A DNA stretch of 64,000 bases, from contig CAWHXY010000007.1 of the NCBI GenBank assembly GCA_963833575.1, positions 512,001 to 576,000 of the forward strand, written 5' to 3'. Both the position numbers and the translations under genes were made by a program. This stretch comes from Candidatus Bathyarchaeota archaeon. GTDB taxonomy: Archaea > Thermoproteota > Bathyarchaeia > Bathyarchaeales > Bathycorpusculaceae. The notes beneath the pieces are model-generated. The model saw only the letters and a program-made list of their open reading frames with translations. It searched no databases and was not told where the DNA came from. This document shows, piece after piece, positions 20,119 through 29,934 of the stretch (positions within the stretch are counted from its first letter, which is position 1; the number at the start of each line of letters is the position of its first letter).

Positions 20119-21312
20119 ATGGATGGGATGAAATTGAAAGTATTGGTGAATGATGGTTTGGATAAAGAAGGCATGAAATTATTTGAGGCTGCTGGAATCG
20201 AGGCGGACTGTAATAGGAGGGACGGAAATGCACTAGTCACACAGGTAAGGGAGTTTGACGCTCTGGTTGTGCGAAGCGCAACCGTCGTCACCCGAGAAGT
20301 TATCGAGTCAGGCAGCCGGGGCAAGCTGAAGATTGTTGGCAGGGCTGGCGTTGGTATTGACAATATCGATGTAGCTGCGGCCACTAAGAATGGCGTTGTA
20401 GTTAAATCTGCTCCGTATGGTAATACTAATGCAGCGGCGGAGTTGTCTTTGACTCTGATGCTGGCCGTTTCTAGGAATGTAGTATCTGGGGACAATTCTC
20501 TGAGGCACGGCGTTTGGCGTAAGAAGGGGTTTGAGGGATGTGAACTTTCGGGAAAAACACTGGGAATTTTGGGGTGTGGACGAATCGGTCAGAGACTAAG
20601 CGAGCTTGCTGTAGGGTTTAACATGCACGTGATAGGGTATGATCCTGTTGTGGTTTCGAATTCCAAGATACAGTATGTGCCGAAAGAGGAGGTCCTTTCC
20701 AATGCTGATTACGTAAGCGTAAATACAAGTGGAAAAGAGACTGTGATTGGAAGAAATGAGTTGTTTTTAATGAAACCTACTGCTTACTTGATTAATACTG
20801 CTCGCGGCCACAACGTGGATGAGAAGGCACTGCATGCAGCGTTAAAAGCAGGGAGCTTAGCTGGGGCGGGTCTTGACGTTTACGAGGATGAGCCCACAGA
20901 GGAAGGGGCCGAGTTCAGAAGTAAATTGAGGGAATTGGATAATGTTGTTCTAACCCCACATTTGGGGGCATCAACCGTGGAAGCGCAGCAGAAAACTTCA
21001 ACAGAGATTGCGCGAGTCGTCATTGATTATCTGTTGTATGGGAATTTCTCTAACGCTGTTAACGTTGGAGAAAACATCGAGTCAGAAGAGAGAACGTTTT
21101 ACCCTCTGTTTATTTATCACATGGACAAACCAGGCATGTTTGCCAAAATCGACAAGGTGCTTGCAGATTACGGGGTTAACATAAGGGAGAATCCATCAAG
21201 GCAAATAGGAGAGGGCTATGCAATCGCTGTTTACTTAGTGCATCAAAAAATCGAGCAGGAAGTGATAGATGAACTGAACAAGATCGACGGTGTCATTAGA
21301 GCCAAAAAATAA
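20119..21312 (+). CDS. serA: D-3-phosphoglycerate dehydrogenase with ACT domain
   Basis: RAGVGIDNID, GILGCGRIG, INTARG, TPHLGAST; C-terminal ACT (DKPGM). Confidence 0.88.
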   Translation: MDGMKLKVLVNDGLDKEGMKLFEAAGIEADCNRRDGNALVTQVREFDALVVRSATVVTREVIESGSRGKLKIVGRAGVGIDNIDVAAATKNGVVVKSAPYGNTNAAAELSLTLMLAVSRNVVSGDNSLRHGVWRKKGFEGCELSGKTLGILGCGRIGQRLSELAVGFNMHVIGYDPVVVSNSKIQYVPKEEVLSNADYVSVNTSGKETVIGRNELFLMKPTAYLINTARGHNVDEKALHAALKAGSLAGAGLDVYEDEPTEEGAEFRSKLRELDNVVLTPHLGASTVEAQQKTSTEIARVVIDYLLYGNFSNAVNVGENIESEERTFYPLFIYHMDKPGMFAKIDKVLADYGVNIRENPSRQIGEGYAIAVYLVHQKIEQEVIDELNKIDGVIRAKK

Positions 21313-21446
21313 AAGACGAATTTTCCTAACACGCTGGCTTGTCCTTAAATTAAGTCAATGTTTGCTTTCAGGTCGGCAAGAGTTGTTAGAGACCAGAGTA
21401 AGCACCAGCAAAACTTATAACAAATTAGGGTCGGTTGGATTGAAGT

Positions 21447-21644
21447 TTATTCATTCCATTTCATCGTATATTTTTCTTCTAGAGTCTTATAAAATTCCTT
21501 TTCTAACTCGATCTCTTTCTTCACCAGTTTATCCCAATCTGCTCTTGTACATTCTGTTTCTAAATTGAGGATCCAATTCTTCATTTCATCCTGAAAATCG
21601 TCCAAGTTTTTCGCTATTTCTTTTAGTTCTCTCAATTTGGTCAA
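21447..21644 (-). CDS. Small coiled-coil hypothetical protein
   Basis: 65-aa charged helical ORF. Confidence 0.5.
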   Translation of the reverse strand: MTKLRELKEIAKNLDDFQDEMKNWILNLETECTRADWDKLVKKEIELEKEFYKTLEEKYTMKWNE

Positions 21645-21721
21645 GTATAATACTCATTAATCACTTATTACTTGTTTGTTATGCTTTGGAAAATATGGGC
21701 GCGCTATTGACTACTTTAAAC

Positions 21722-21886
21722 TTATTTAGCCAACCGGTTTTGCCTTATCCCACTGACAGTTGTTGTTTTGCCTGCGCCGTTCGAGCCGAGGAAACCGAAG
21801 ACTTCGCCGTCGTTAACATGCAGCGTAAGGCTTCCAACAGCTGCAAGGTTGCCGAGTTTTTTTGTCAGGTTCTCTGTGCCGATCAA
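21722..21886 (-). pseudogene. Truncated ABC transporter ATPase (N-terminus only)
   Basis: ENLTKK.G...[22 protein letters not shown], then an early stop. Confidence 0.85.
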
Positions 21887-21909
21887 TTTAACATTACCAG
21901 ACTTCTTTC

Positions 21910-22090
21910 TTACTTGTAGGCTAATTTACCGTTTAGTTCACTTTGGGGGGGCAAACGAACAATAAAAGTTGTTCCTTTACCCTCTTGGCTCTCAAAAGTT
22001 ACGGTGCCTCCTAACGATTCGGTCATACGTTTAATTACTGCTAATCCGAAGCCTTGACCCTTAGGCTTTAGTTGAAAACATGGGGATAAA
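21910..22090 (-). pseudogene. Histidine kinase HATPase_c C-terminal fragment, frameshifted
   Basis: LFIPMFSTK / KGQGFGLAVIKRMTESLGGTVTFESQEGKGTTFIVRLP. Confidence 0.85.
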
Positions 22091-22208
22091 CAATTTATTT
22101 TTAGCGCGCTTTGGTTAAGTATCCTGATTGTGGGAAATTGAGAAGCCTGATAGGTTACTTGAGGTTAAATATCAGAAAAAAGAATAGCAACCATGGAAGG
22201 TTAAGAAA

Positions 22209-22859
22209 GTGAGAGCAGCGAGTCTTTTCTCTGGGGGCAAAGAATCAGTTCATGCCATATCTAATGTTGAAAACCAAGGTGTAGAGGTTAAGCATTTGAT
22301 TCACGAAATCCCAAGTTTCACATCGCCTCATGCACACAACAATGAAGCCCTAAAAACCCTTGCAAAATCCATGAACAAACATTTCGTAATCGTAGACCTT
22401 CACAAAGGTGAACAAGAACTTGTTGACTCGCTTAAGAACCTCAAGATTGATGCACTCGTTGCAGGAGACATCAACGTTCCTCAACACATAACGTGGCTCC
22501 AAAACATATGCAGTCAAGCGGGCATAGTACTGCTTGAACCGCTTTTCGGGAAAAAAACATCAATCTTGTTTCAGGAAATGTTCAGCGATCCTAGGTTCAA
22601 AGCAACAATCATAGGCGTAAACACAAAATATCTGACAGATGAGTGGTTAGGGTTCACAATAAGCAGTGAAACAGCTGAAGATTTCTTGTCAAGAACGAAA
22701 CAAATAGACCCTCTCGGAGAGAACGGTGAATTCCACACCATAGTTGTTGAGAGTCCTCTCTACTCCAACAAATTCAAAACAAAGGCATTGGAAAAAATAA
22801 CTGAAAAAGATGTGACATATCTTCGCATAACGCTAAATGAGTGGTTAGAACGGACATGA
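22209..22859 (+). CDS. Diphthine-ammonia ligase-like PP-loop ATPase
   Basis: SLFSGGKES, GDI, EPL, DPLGENGEFHT. Confidence 0.85.
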   Translation: MRAASLFSGGKESVHAISNVENQGVEVKHLIHEIPSFTSPHAHNNEALKTLAKSMNKHFVIVDLHKGEQELVDSLKNLKIDALVAGDINVPQHITWLQNICSQAGIVLLEPLFGKKTSILFQEMFSDPRFKATIIGVNTKYLTDEWLGFTISSETAEDFLSRTKQIDPLGENGEFHTIVVESPLYSNKFKTKALEKITEKDVTYLRITLNEWLERT

Positions 22860-22939
22860 AAACATTGTTTCCAATAATCCCTCATCTGATGCGGTAGTAT
22901 ATAAGCAATTTTGAGTTTCGTATATTTCATAGGGAGGAG

Positions 22940-23200
22940 GGATTAAAAAAAATTAATCCAACCAACGACGACCACGACTACCGTTTACCATGTTACGTTT
23001 CTAAAAAATAACAAAGTGTTCACTCGGTTCAGGTAACACATATCATACAAGGGTAAGGTATAGTATATGTAGTGTCGAAATCGAGTAAACACATCAAACT
23101 ACAAAAAATAAGAAAAAATAAAGGAAAACAAGAAAAACGAGCGCGTTATCCAACATTTAGAAGAAAAAATAAGCATTAGCCTGAAAGAATCTATGATGTT
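22940..23200 (+). repeat. Non-coding repeat with GGATTAA-N6-TTAATCC core and ~80-nt imperfect hairpin
   Basis: GTGTTCACTCGGTT pairs with AATCGAGTAAACAC; homologous to 17915-18163. Confidence 0.7.
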
Positions 23201-23373
23201 TTAGGCGCGCGCAAACAAGTATGCAACCTCTAAAGAAATAAGAGTAACGTTAGAAAGCTGACTTTACACTATTCAATCAGCCGTTTTGGGGTAATAACTT
23301 GCCTGAGTTTGAAAGGCTGTTCAGCTTGCACTTTTAGAGTTAAAAAGAGTAAGCCAGTCGCCTGTGACTGCGA

Positions 23374-25218
23374 CTATCGTTTATTGTCTTGATTCAATTT
23401 GCTAAGGTCAAAACCGCAGAAAGGACAGAATCCTCCAGCATTAGTTAGCTGTTTTCCGCAGTTGGGACAGAAAGCAGGTTTTGGTTGCATAACAGTCGAT
23501 TGAACGGTCACTGTTGTAGCTGTTTCTGTGGCTAGCGCTGTTGTTTTTGGCATTTCAGACATAACCAGCGGGGACGGGGGCAAATTTTGATTTCTAATAT
23601 TTTGACTGGATAGGCGAGACTTCTTTGAGATTTTTCTTCTGCTCAGGATACCAGCGAGCACTGCCACTATTGCTATGATCACTATCAAAAGAATTAAAGC
23701 TAAAATCATTGAATCAGAAAGAAAAGCCGCAGCTCCTTTTGTTGGTCCAGCAACTATAGGTGTAGCAATAACTGTTGCAGTTTGTGTTGGTGAAGACACT
23801 GGCTCTATTTGTGTCCACCATTGATTGATTGAAGAAGAATCGAAGGCAGATATTTTCGAGTTTAGATCCAGTTGGCTGAACCCATTTGTGACTCCAGATG
23901 CAAGTGATAACATCTGACCTGCTGGTATGGTTATTGAGGCGTTTGTGTATTGATCAACAAATAAGACTGAACCATCCATTACCTGTATGGTTGTTGCTCC
24001 GTTGATAACCGTGACGATGTATTGCGTTCCGTCACCCATTAATATTCCCTGAGGCACCTGTACTGGTCTCACGTCGTAGGTTCCTTCTTGGGGAGACATC
24101 TGTTCATTGATATATGCTATGCCTGTGCCCAGCAATATTGTTCCTTCAACAACTAATGCCCCACCTAAAGTTATTGGCGCCCCAGTCACTGCCATAATAG
24201 CTAAGCCGACGCCGACTTCAGCGGCAAGACCCACTCCAGCTTGACCTAACTCGTCAGGCTCTATGCCTTCAGAAAACTGAAACGCACCAGTTGCCGGTGG
24301 CGGCACTGCAACATAAGAAATGTTTCCATTCACTGGATCAGTTGTAGGCTCAAGATATACCCAGCCAGCATCTGAGTTTGCGCCTAAATACACTTCTCCG
24401 CCGTTGTCAGGATAAGTAAAACCGATAATCCCGTTACTGCCCGTTTGAACTTCTGAACCTGAACCTATTTGACTTTCCGCAGTGACCGGAGCACCAGTTG
24501 CTACAAGATTTGTTGTTCCTTGGGCGACCGAAATTCCTGCAAGATTGGTTGCTGTAGGTGGGGCAGGTACAGGTGTTGGAGAGGGCGTTGGAGATGAAGT
24601 GACAACAGGAGGCAACGTGGCAGATGAACCCGAGCGCAAAACAATTATGCCATTGGTGTCTGTGTTTTCGTTGGGTCCAGTTAGCGTTGCGGTTATGATG
24701 TCGGTAGTGAAGGTTCCAGCTATGTTTTCTTGGTTTCCTGTGCTTGTGTATTGCTCATCAGCGGAGAAACTGGCGCCTGAAACTGTTCCGCTAAAAGCAA
24801 TTTGGTTAAAGCCTACCATAGGAACGCCAGCCATACCATATTCATTCCAATATGCAGGGTCTGTAGAGAAGCTTATCACATTGATGTTCAAGATTATGCT
24901 TATTGAGCTACCGCTTTGAGTTATCTGCATGCTATATGTTACGTTTGCATCGTTCATCCTTGTAGTTGGGTCAGAAGGATCCAAGTCATAGTATTTTTCA
25001 GGTATGGCGTTGGTCCATGTTCCAGTTAAATCTCTGGCTGGAGTAAGTGCAGCACGCAAAGACGGGGTTAAAGCTGAAAACAACAATATCGCTAACAATA
25101 CCGGAGTGATAATTTTAAAAATGTTAGAGGTTTTTCTAGATCTAAAAGATAAACGGGTAACTTTCAGTTTTTGCATTTGATTTGTCGCCGAATACCGCAT
25201 ACGCAGATTGTTTGGCAT
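23374..25218 (-). CDS. Secreted/membrane protein with FecR-like segment and C-terminal zinc ribbon
   Basis: Signal peptide, GTQY.V....TTIQV.DGSV, TM helix, FCPNCG...FCPFCG. Confidence 0.75.
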   Translation of the reverse strand: MPNNLRMRYSATNQMQKLKVTRLSFRSRKTSNIFKIITPVLLAILLFSALTPSLRAALTPARDLTGTWTNAIPEKYYDLDPSDPTTRMNDANVTYSMQITQSGSSISIILNINVISFSTDPAYWNEYGMAGVPMVGFNQIAFSGTVSGASFSADEQYTSTGNQENIAGTFTTDIITATLTGPNENTDTNGIIVLRSGSSATLPPVVTSSPTPSPTPVPAPPTATNLAGISVAQGTTNLVATGAPVTAESQIGSGSEVQTGSNGIIGFTYPDNGGEVYLGANSDAGWVYLEPTTDPVNGNISYVAVPPPATGAFQFSEGIEPDELGQAGVGLAAEVGVGLAIMAVTGAPITLGGALVVEGTILLGTGIAYINEQMSPQEGTYDVRPVQVPQGILMGDGTQYIVTVINGATTIQVMDGSVLFVDQYTNASITIPAGQMLSLASGVTNGFSQLDLNSKISAFDSSSINQWWTQIEPVSSPTQTATVIATPIVAGPTKGAAAFLSDSMILALILLIVIIAIVAVLAGILSRRKISKKSRLSSQNIRNQNLPPSPLVMSEMPKTTALATETATTVTVQSTVMQPKPAFCPNCGKQLTNAGGFCPFCGFDLSKLNQDNKR

Positions 25219-25241
25219 ATTAACATTATGAACCCTAACTA

Positions 25242-25500
25242 AATAGTGCGTGTGACCTCTTGCTTCATGAACGCTTCATTCTTGCAAGTTTTACAAATTG
25301 CTGGAAAAAGGTTCAAGAAGAGTTTATTTTAGCGAGCATGCGTGTTCCTAAAATGCTTATAAGTGGTTAAAAGTCTGCTTTTGTGTTCAAGTTGTGTTTC
25401 AAGGCCTGGATTCTGAATGGAAACAGAGAGCTGGGTCAGACAGCCAAAAGACGAATTATAACCATATTTCACCAATTTAGGAACAACCACGCGTACTATT
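25242..25500 (+). other. ~260-nt non-coding region closed by a 13-bp stem
   Basis: AATAGTGCGTGTG/CACGCGTACTATT (two G-U) and TGTTCCTAAA/TTTAGGAACA. Confidence 0.55.
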
Positions 25501-25988
25501 GAGGTAGATTTAGTGCTAACTATTCTAGTTCTTCGCTTGAAACAAGAAACACAGGGTATTGTTGCAAACCACTTGATTTGTTACTTGTGCTTCTATGACC
25601 GTCCCTACATCTCATTCCGTATCTTGTTTTAGTTTCATTTTCCCAAACCTTTTCAGTTGGTCCACCACATATTGGACACTTAAAATCTTTCATATATTTT
25701 CACCAAAACCGAAAAAGGTAAAAGTAAATAAGTCGTTGCTGAGTTTTTCCAAGTTCTTCCGCTCTGTACGCGTATTGTTAGCTTGTTTTCTTTAAGTCTT
25801 CCTATTCTAATGAAGCGACCAAGAGCGAAGAAAATAAAAAAAGAAGTCGAGCTAATTCTCAAGCATAAATCGAACAATCGAGAAGTTGGCTACAAAAGAT
25901 GCCCAAAGTACAAAGTGACAAAGAAATAGAATTACTCACGCTCATATAGGAAAATTAAGGATTTACATGCATTATTGTATTGACCGGT

Positions 25989-26336
25989 TTAGTCGCTGAG
26001 TTTCTCTTCGAGTTTCCTCGCTTCTCTTTGAATCTGTTCTTGAGCGAATGCAATTAACAGACATAAGCCGTTATTTTCCACACACATTTCGCTATCTTTT
26101 AGCGAAATTGCCTTATCGTAAAAGATATTCTCGATTTCTTCTTCAGCATCTGGTTGCAACTTTAGTAACGATAAGTCAAGGTGCGTTTCTGCAAAGGGAA
26201 ATCTCTCTTGCAATTCTCGAAGTATTGTTCTTTCTTCGCACAGTTTTCTGGTCTCTTTCAATGGCATACCTTTTCCTTTGTCAACGAGCATGTTCAAATT
26301 GAAAGTTAGATAGGTCAATAGTTTTATTTTTACCAT
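25989..26336 (-). CDS. Hypothetical protein
   Basis: 115-aa ORF with upstream GAGGT. Confidence 0.55.
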   Translation of the reverse strand: MVKIKLLTYLTFNLNMLVDKGKGMPLKETRKLCEERTILRELQERFPFAETHLDLSLLKLQPDAEEEIENIFYDKAISLKDSEMCVENNGLCLLIAFAQEQIQREARKLEEKLSD

Positions 26337-26395
26337 TTATTGAACCTCTAAAAGCAGTATTTCAAAGCGATTATTAGTTTATTTATCTTCATGCT

Positions 26396-26560
26396 TTAGC
26401 ACGCAACATTTAAAAAATTAGACTTTCGTTTTTCGTCCTTCAAAACGAACTTGTAACATTCACAGTTAGGTTTAGTACATACTCTATCTAAAAAATATGA
26501 ATGTTCACTTTTAAGATGCCCACACGTGCACATTCCATCTTTAATTTCAGCTTTATCCAT
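26396..26560 (-). CDS. 54-aa Cys/His-rich putative metal-binding protein
   Basis: MDKAEIKDGMCTCGHLKSEH...CTKPNCECY; below the ORF-track cutoff. Confidence 0.55.
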   Translation of the reverse strand: MDKAEIKDGMCTCGHLKSEHSYFLDRVCTKPNCECYKFVLKDEKRKSNFLNVAC

Positions 26561-27230
26561 CAAGATTTATCCTTATTAAATAAACAACTTTAGCCTCAAA
26601 AGGTTTTAGGTTTGGATCTCCTTAACTTTTAATCCCACACACACCGACCTACCTAACGTTCAGGTGTAATGGTAGAGGCTACTCGTGTTGAAAAAAATAA
26701 TAATAACAACATAGTTAGGTATTGGTATGAGCAGTAAGAAACATAATAAAACTTCCCTGTCAATCATAAAATAATGTTATCAGGGGTAAAAAATAATAGA
26801 AAACTTGTCCCTCATAAACTAACAAATAATTAAGAATTATGTTAGGATTTCCTGCGATAATTATGCTGCCCATTGATTTTTAGTATTTTGTTTAAGCACT
26901 GTTTTTCTTCTTTGAATTGTCAGCTTGGGTCTGTCTCGAACGGTTGGCGTTGGCTTGCTTCTGTCTCGAACTATTGGCGGCATTTGCTTTTCTGGCTATA
27001 CTGCTCCTGTTTGGAGAGGTCGTATTTCCTTCTGGTCTTTGTTGTTTACGCAAAACATTCAACCAAAATTATATAGTACTTTGTTCTTAATTTGTCTTAC
27101 ATTGAGTGCCCGAAATGTGTAATTTTGAGTTTAGCCTCATGTACAAGCCGACGTTGATTTAAAAGAGATTGTTGCTCAAACACGCTCAATCTACGCTTAA
27201 ATCATCCCTTAACCCTCTATTGGCGATAAA

Positions 27231-27362
27231 ATGAAGCTTTATCATGTGACACGGCAGCGAAACCAAAACTCAATTATGAAGCACGGATTAATCCCAAAAA
27301 AAACCCTGATAAATGGAAAAGAAGGGCAACACGAACAGCCTAAACAAAAAACTCTGCTCTAA
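27231..27362 (+). pseudogene. Truncated ADP-ribosyltransferase-fold (KptA/Tpt1-like) N-terminus
   Basis: MKLYHVT....SIMKHGLIP motif, then runs into the duplicated segment. Confidence 0.55.
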
Positions 27363-27584
27363 AACAGATAAACTCACAAAATCAAAACTGCTAACAAAAG
27401 AATAACTAGTTCTAGAAAAAACATTTGAATCCATTGTGCCACCTCACTTCCTATTTTTTGCCATTTTCATTCTGGTTAGTCACGAATATGCCCGCAACAA
27501 AGTTTTGAATGACATTTAGGTTTATGTGCCGTTATCATTCTCCCATCAAAGCGGAGATAACGAGCACCTAACTGTAACGAGGCT

Positions 27585-28001
27585 TTACTGGCAAACTTTT
27601 TGCAGAAAATCTTTCGCCTGTGGAATTTTATCTTGCCATTTTTCAGCTTCATTGATCCAATGCTGTCGCCAATCTCGGTTAGGATGAGGATCATTCCATT
27701 GGCTAAAAGCTAATCCAAATGATCTAGCTTTTTCGTCTAGTTTCTGCTTCTCTTTTTGCTCTTCACTGGTAAGTTTTTGCGGTTGCTCTTCTGGAATGAG
27801 CTTGCGTGAATATCGGTACTGGTATTTCTCGTACACTTCTTTTGTGATTAAATGTTCCTGGTAAGCCGCTTTTGAGATTAGGAGAAGCCCAGCGTAGGAT
27901 TTGCCTAGTTCGTGTGCCGCCTGAAACTTGATTACTGCAAAATAAAGTTCGGGCGGTAAACAAAGTTTCATTACGTGTTCTTGTGTGAATTCTTTAGCCA
28001 T
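27585..28001 (-). CDS. Module gene A, copy 2 (RHH-like N-terminus)
   Basis: Near-identical to 13675..14091. Confidence 0.75.
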   Translation of the reverse strand: MAKEFTQEHVMKLCLPPELYFAVIKFQAAHELGKSYAGLLLISKAAYQEHLITKEVYEKYQYRYSRKLIPEEQPQKLTSEEQKEKQKLDEKARSFGLAFSQWNDPHPNRDWRQHWINEAEKWQDKIPQAKDFLQKVCQ

Positions 28002-28130
28002 TCATGATTTCCTCTTTTTTGTCCCGATTTCCAAGAAGGAAAGACGTTTAGACAATGTTAACGTAGTAACAAATAGGAAAATAGTAGACTTAACTAGCTA
28101 GCTACCTGAAAAAAAAAATAAAAAAGCTAC

Positions 28131-28728
28131 CTACCCTCCATCATTCCTTTCTTGCTGTTGGTTGGGCTCTGTTATGTCGCTGGGTTTCTTTGAATTTACA
28201 TCATTTTCGGGGGTTTGATCAGTCTTTTCATCCAATTCCTTAGAATTAATCAGCTCGGAGTTTTTGACAATATTCCTTGTCGAATCCTCTTGGAATTCGA
28301 AATAATTGTGTTCCATTCTTTTTTAGGTCCAGCAGAAATTCTTCCTTGTCTTTATCTGTCCAGGTACGCACGTTTTCCAAACATTCTGCTAGGTCAGTTT
28401 CAAAATTGTAGAAATGCAAGTCAAAGAACCATTTTACAATTTCGTAGGTTCCGTCACATCCTAGCGCGAGAGGGGCAATATAGCAATATAGCTCTCTTAC
28501 ATGTCTTAGAATGACCTCAATTTGCTTGTCAATTAACTCTGCATTCTTAAATAGAATTTCGTTTGAACCACTTTGGCGGTATTCCTCTTCGATTTCATCA
28601 ACTTTAGCAAAAAGAGCCTGCTCTTCTCCAGAAAATGAATAATAATCAATTTTTATCAATTCCCCATTGTTGTCTTTGATTTTCTCGTTCAAACCATCAA
28701 TCCGTTTAACTAACTTCAAATTATCCAA
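28131..28728 (-). CDS. Module gene B, copy 2; apparent frameshift near 28270
   Basis: Homology in ORF 28246..28728; the ...DGG* tail of copy 1 lies in ORF 28131..28316. Confidence 0.7.
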
Positions 28729-28813
28729 AAACTACCACCTCCGACGCAGTTCTCTACTTGAATAAATTTCCTGAAATTTCCACAGACATTGCTCCAAAAT
28801 TCTGCTCGACACC

Positions 28814-29206
28814 TCACGGAACAAAAACTCCTCTAGCCGCCTTCTTTTCCAAAGCTCTAACTCTGCCCATCAGATCCGGCAAAACCAATGTTTCATACAT
28901 CATAGAATTCACCTTAAGCATCGTATTCAAAGCACCCAACTGAACCAACGGGTTGCTGGAAGAGAGCAATCTTAGGCTTGCCTGGCGGTAGATCTGTTCG
29001 TACCGATTGGTTATTTTGAATAGCACATCGTCAGGTTTAGTTATGCTCTGCAAGATGGGTTGCCAATTTTGACGTGTTTCAAAATCGTTGTAGAGCGTTC
29101 GCTCAGCGCAGCCGTTTTTTTCACATAGTTGTTTAACTATTTCAGCTTGAGTTAAACCCAAGCCTTCAAGTTTTAGTAATTCTAAGCGTCTTTTGACTAC
29201 TTCCAT
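28814..29206 (-). CDS. Module gene C, copy 2 (HTH, TerS-like)
   Basis: Paralog of 14893..15285, same length. Confidence 0.65.
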   Translation of the reverse strand: MEVVKRRLELLKLEGLGLTQAEIVKQLCEKNGCAERTLYNDFETRQNWQPILQSITKPDDVLFKITNRYEQIYRQASLRLLSSSNPLVQLGALNTMLKVNSMMYETLVLPDLMGRVRALEKKAARGVFVP

Positions 29207-29287
29207 GGTTTTACACTCGCGAAATTCAGACTGTCTGCTGAGTGATCTTGTTTTTTATGAAGTATGCTGTTTCCCGCACTCCGCGAC

Positions 29288-29388
29288 TTTTGGGTGAAGG
29301 GGGCGAAGACCGTAGGATCATTGGAGCAATGGCTCGTTTTAGATCGGGCAAATATTTTTGCGCAGTAGATATAGCTTCTCGCCTAAAA
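29288..29388 (+). other. Conserved branched stem-loop element, copy 2
   Basis: Same stems as 16437-16536, with pairing-compatible changes (GAGC/GCTC vs GAGC/GTTC). Confidence 0.55.
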
Positions 29389-29934
29389 AGCTATCGGTTA
29401 TCTTCAGGCTCTCGACACCACACTGCACAAAACCCATTCTATTTTCTCTTTAAAGTTGCAAAACGCCAACTAAAAATAAGCCCAATTCTTACTTATTTAA
29501 CAAAACTAAGCAAGAAAAACCGACTTTAAACTCGACCAACCCCCCAAAACCGCAACTATCTTGCAAACCATCGTTTGAATTCAACCACAAAACAAATAGT
29601 CTATCCAGAGCCTTTTTCGCCATTTGACTTGCAACATAGCACACGCCATAAAACTCAAAATTTCCCATAAGACCAAACTGGACCAAAAAACAAGAAAACT
29701 TCATTTGAAGTAACGTAGCTTATAAAAAAACCAATTCAAAAACCCCGTCAGATACAGATCTCTATAGTAGGAAAAAAGAATAAAAATCTTCAAACTGGCA
29801 ACTATGTAAAAACGCTTTTTCTCTTTTCGTTTTCTAAAATAACTAAAGTTTTCATTGGTTTAAACTTGATTTGCTCGGCTCAGAAGAATTGCAGGTTCGT
29901 AAAACTTAAATGCAACTCCAACAAAAAGCAAACT

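Larger units (their letters stand above)
27344..29634 (-). mobile_element. Duplicated three-gene module, copy 2
   Basis: Colinear with 13426..16806; begins with the last ~20 codons of vapC; lacks the TFB-like gene. Confidence 0.6.

Noticed and set aside
26930-26988. Two ~30-bp direct repeats
   Set aside because: Only two adjacent imperfect copies, probably an ANxSRQxQA repeat in a short minus-strand ORF
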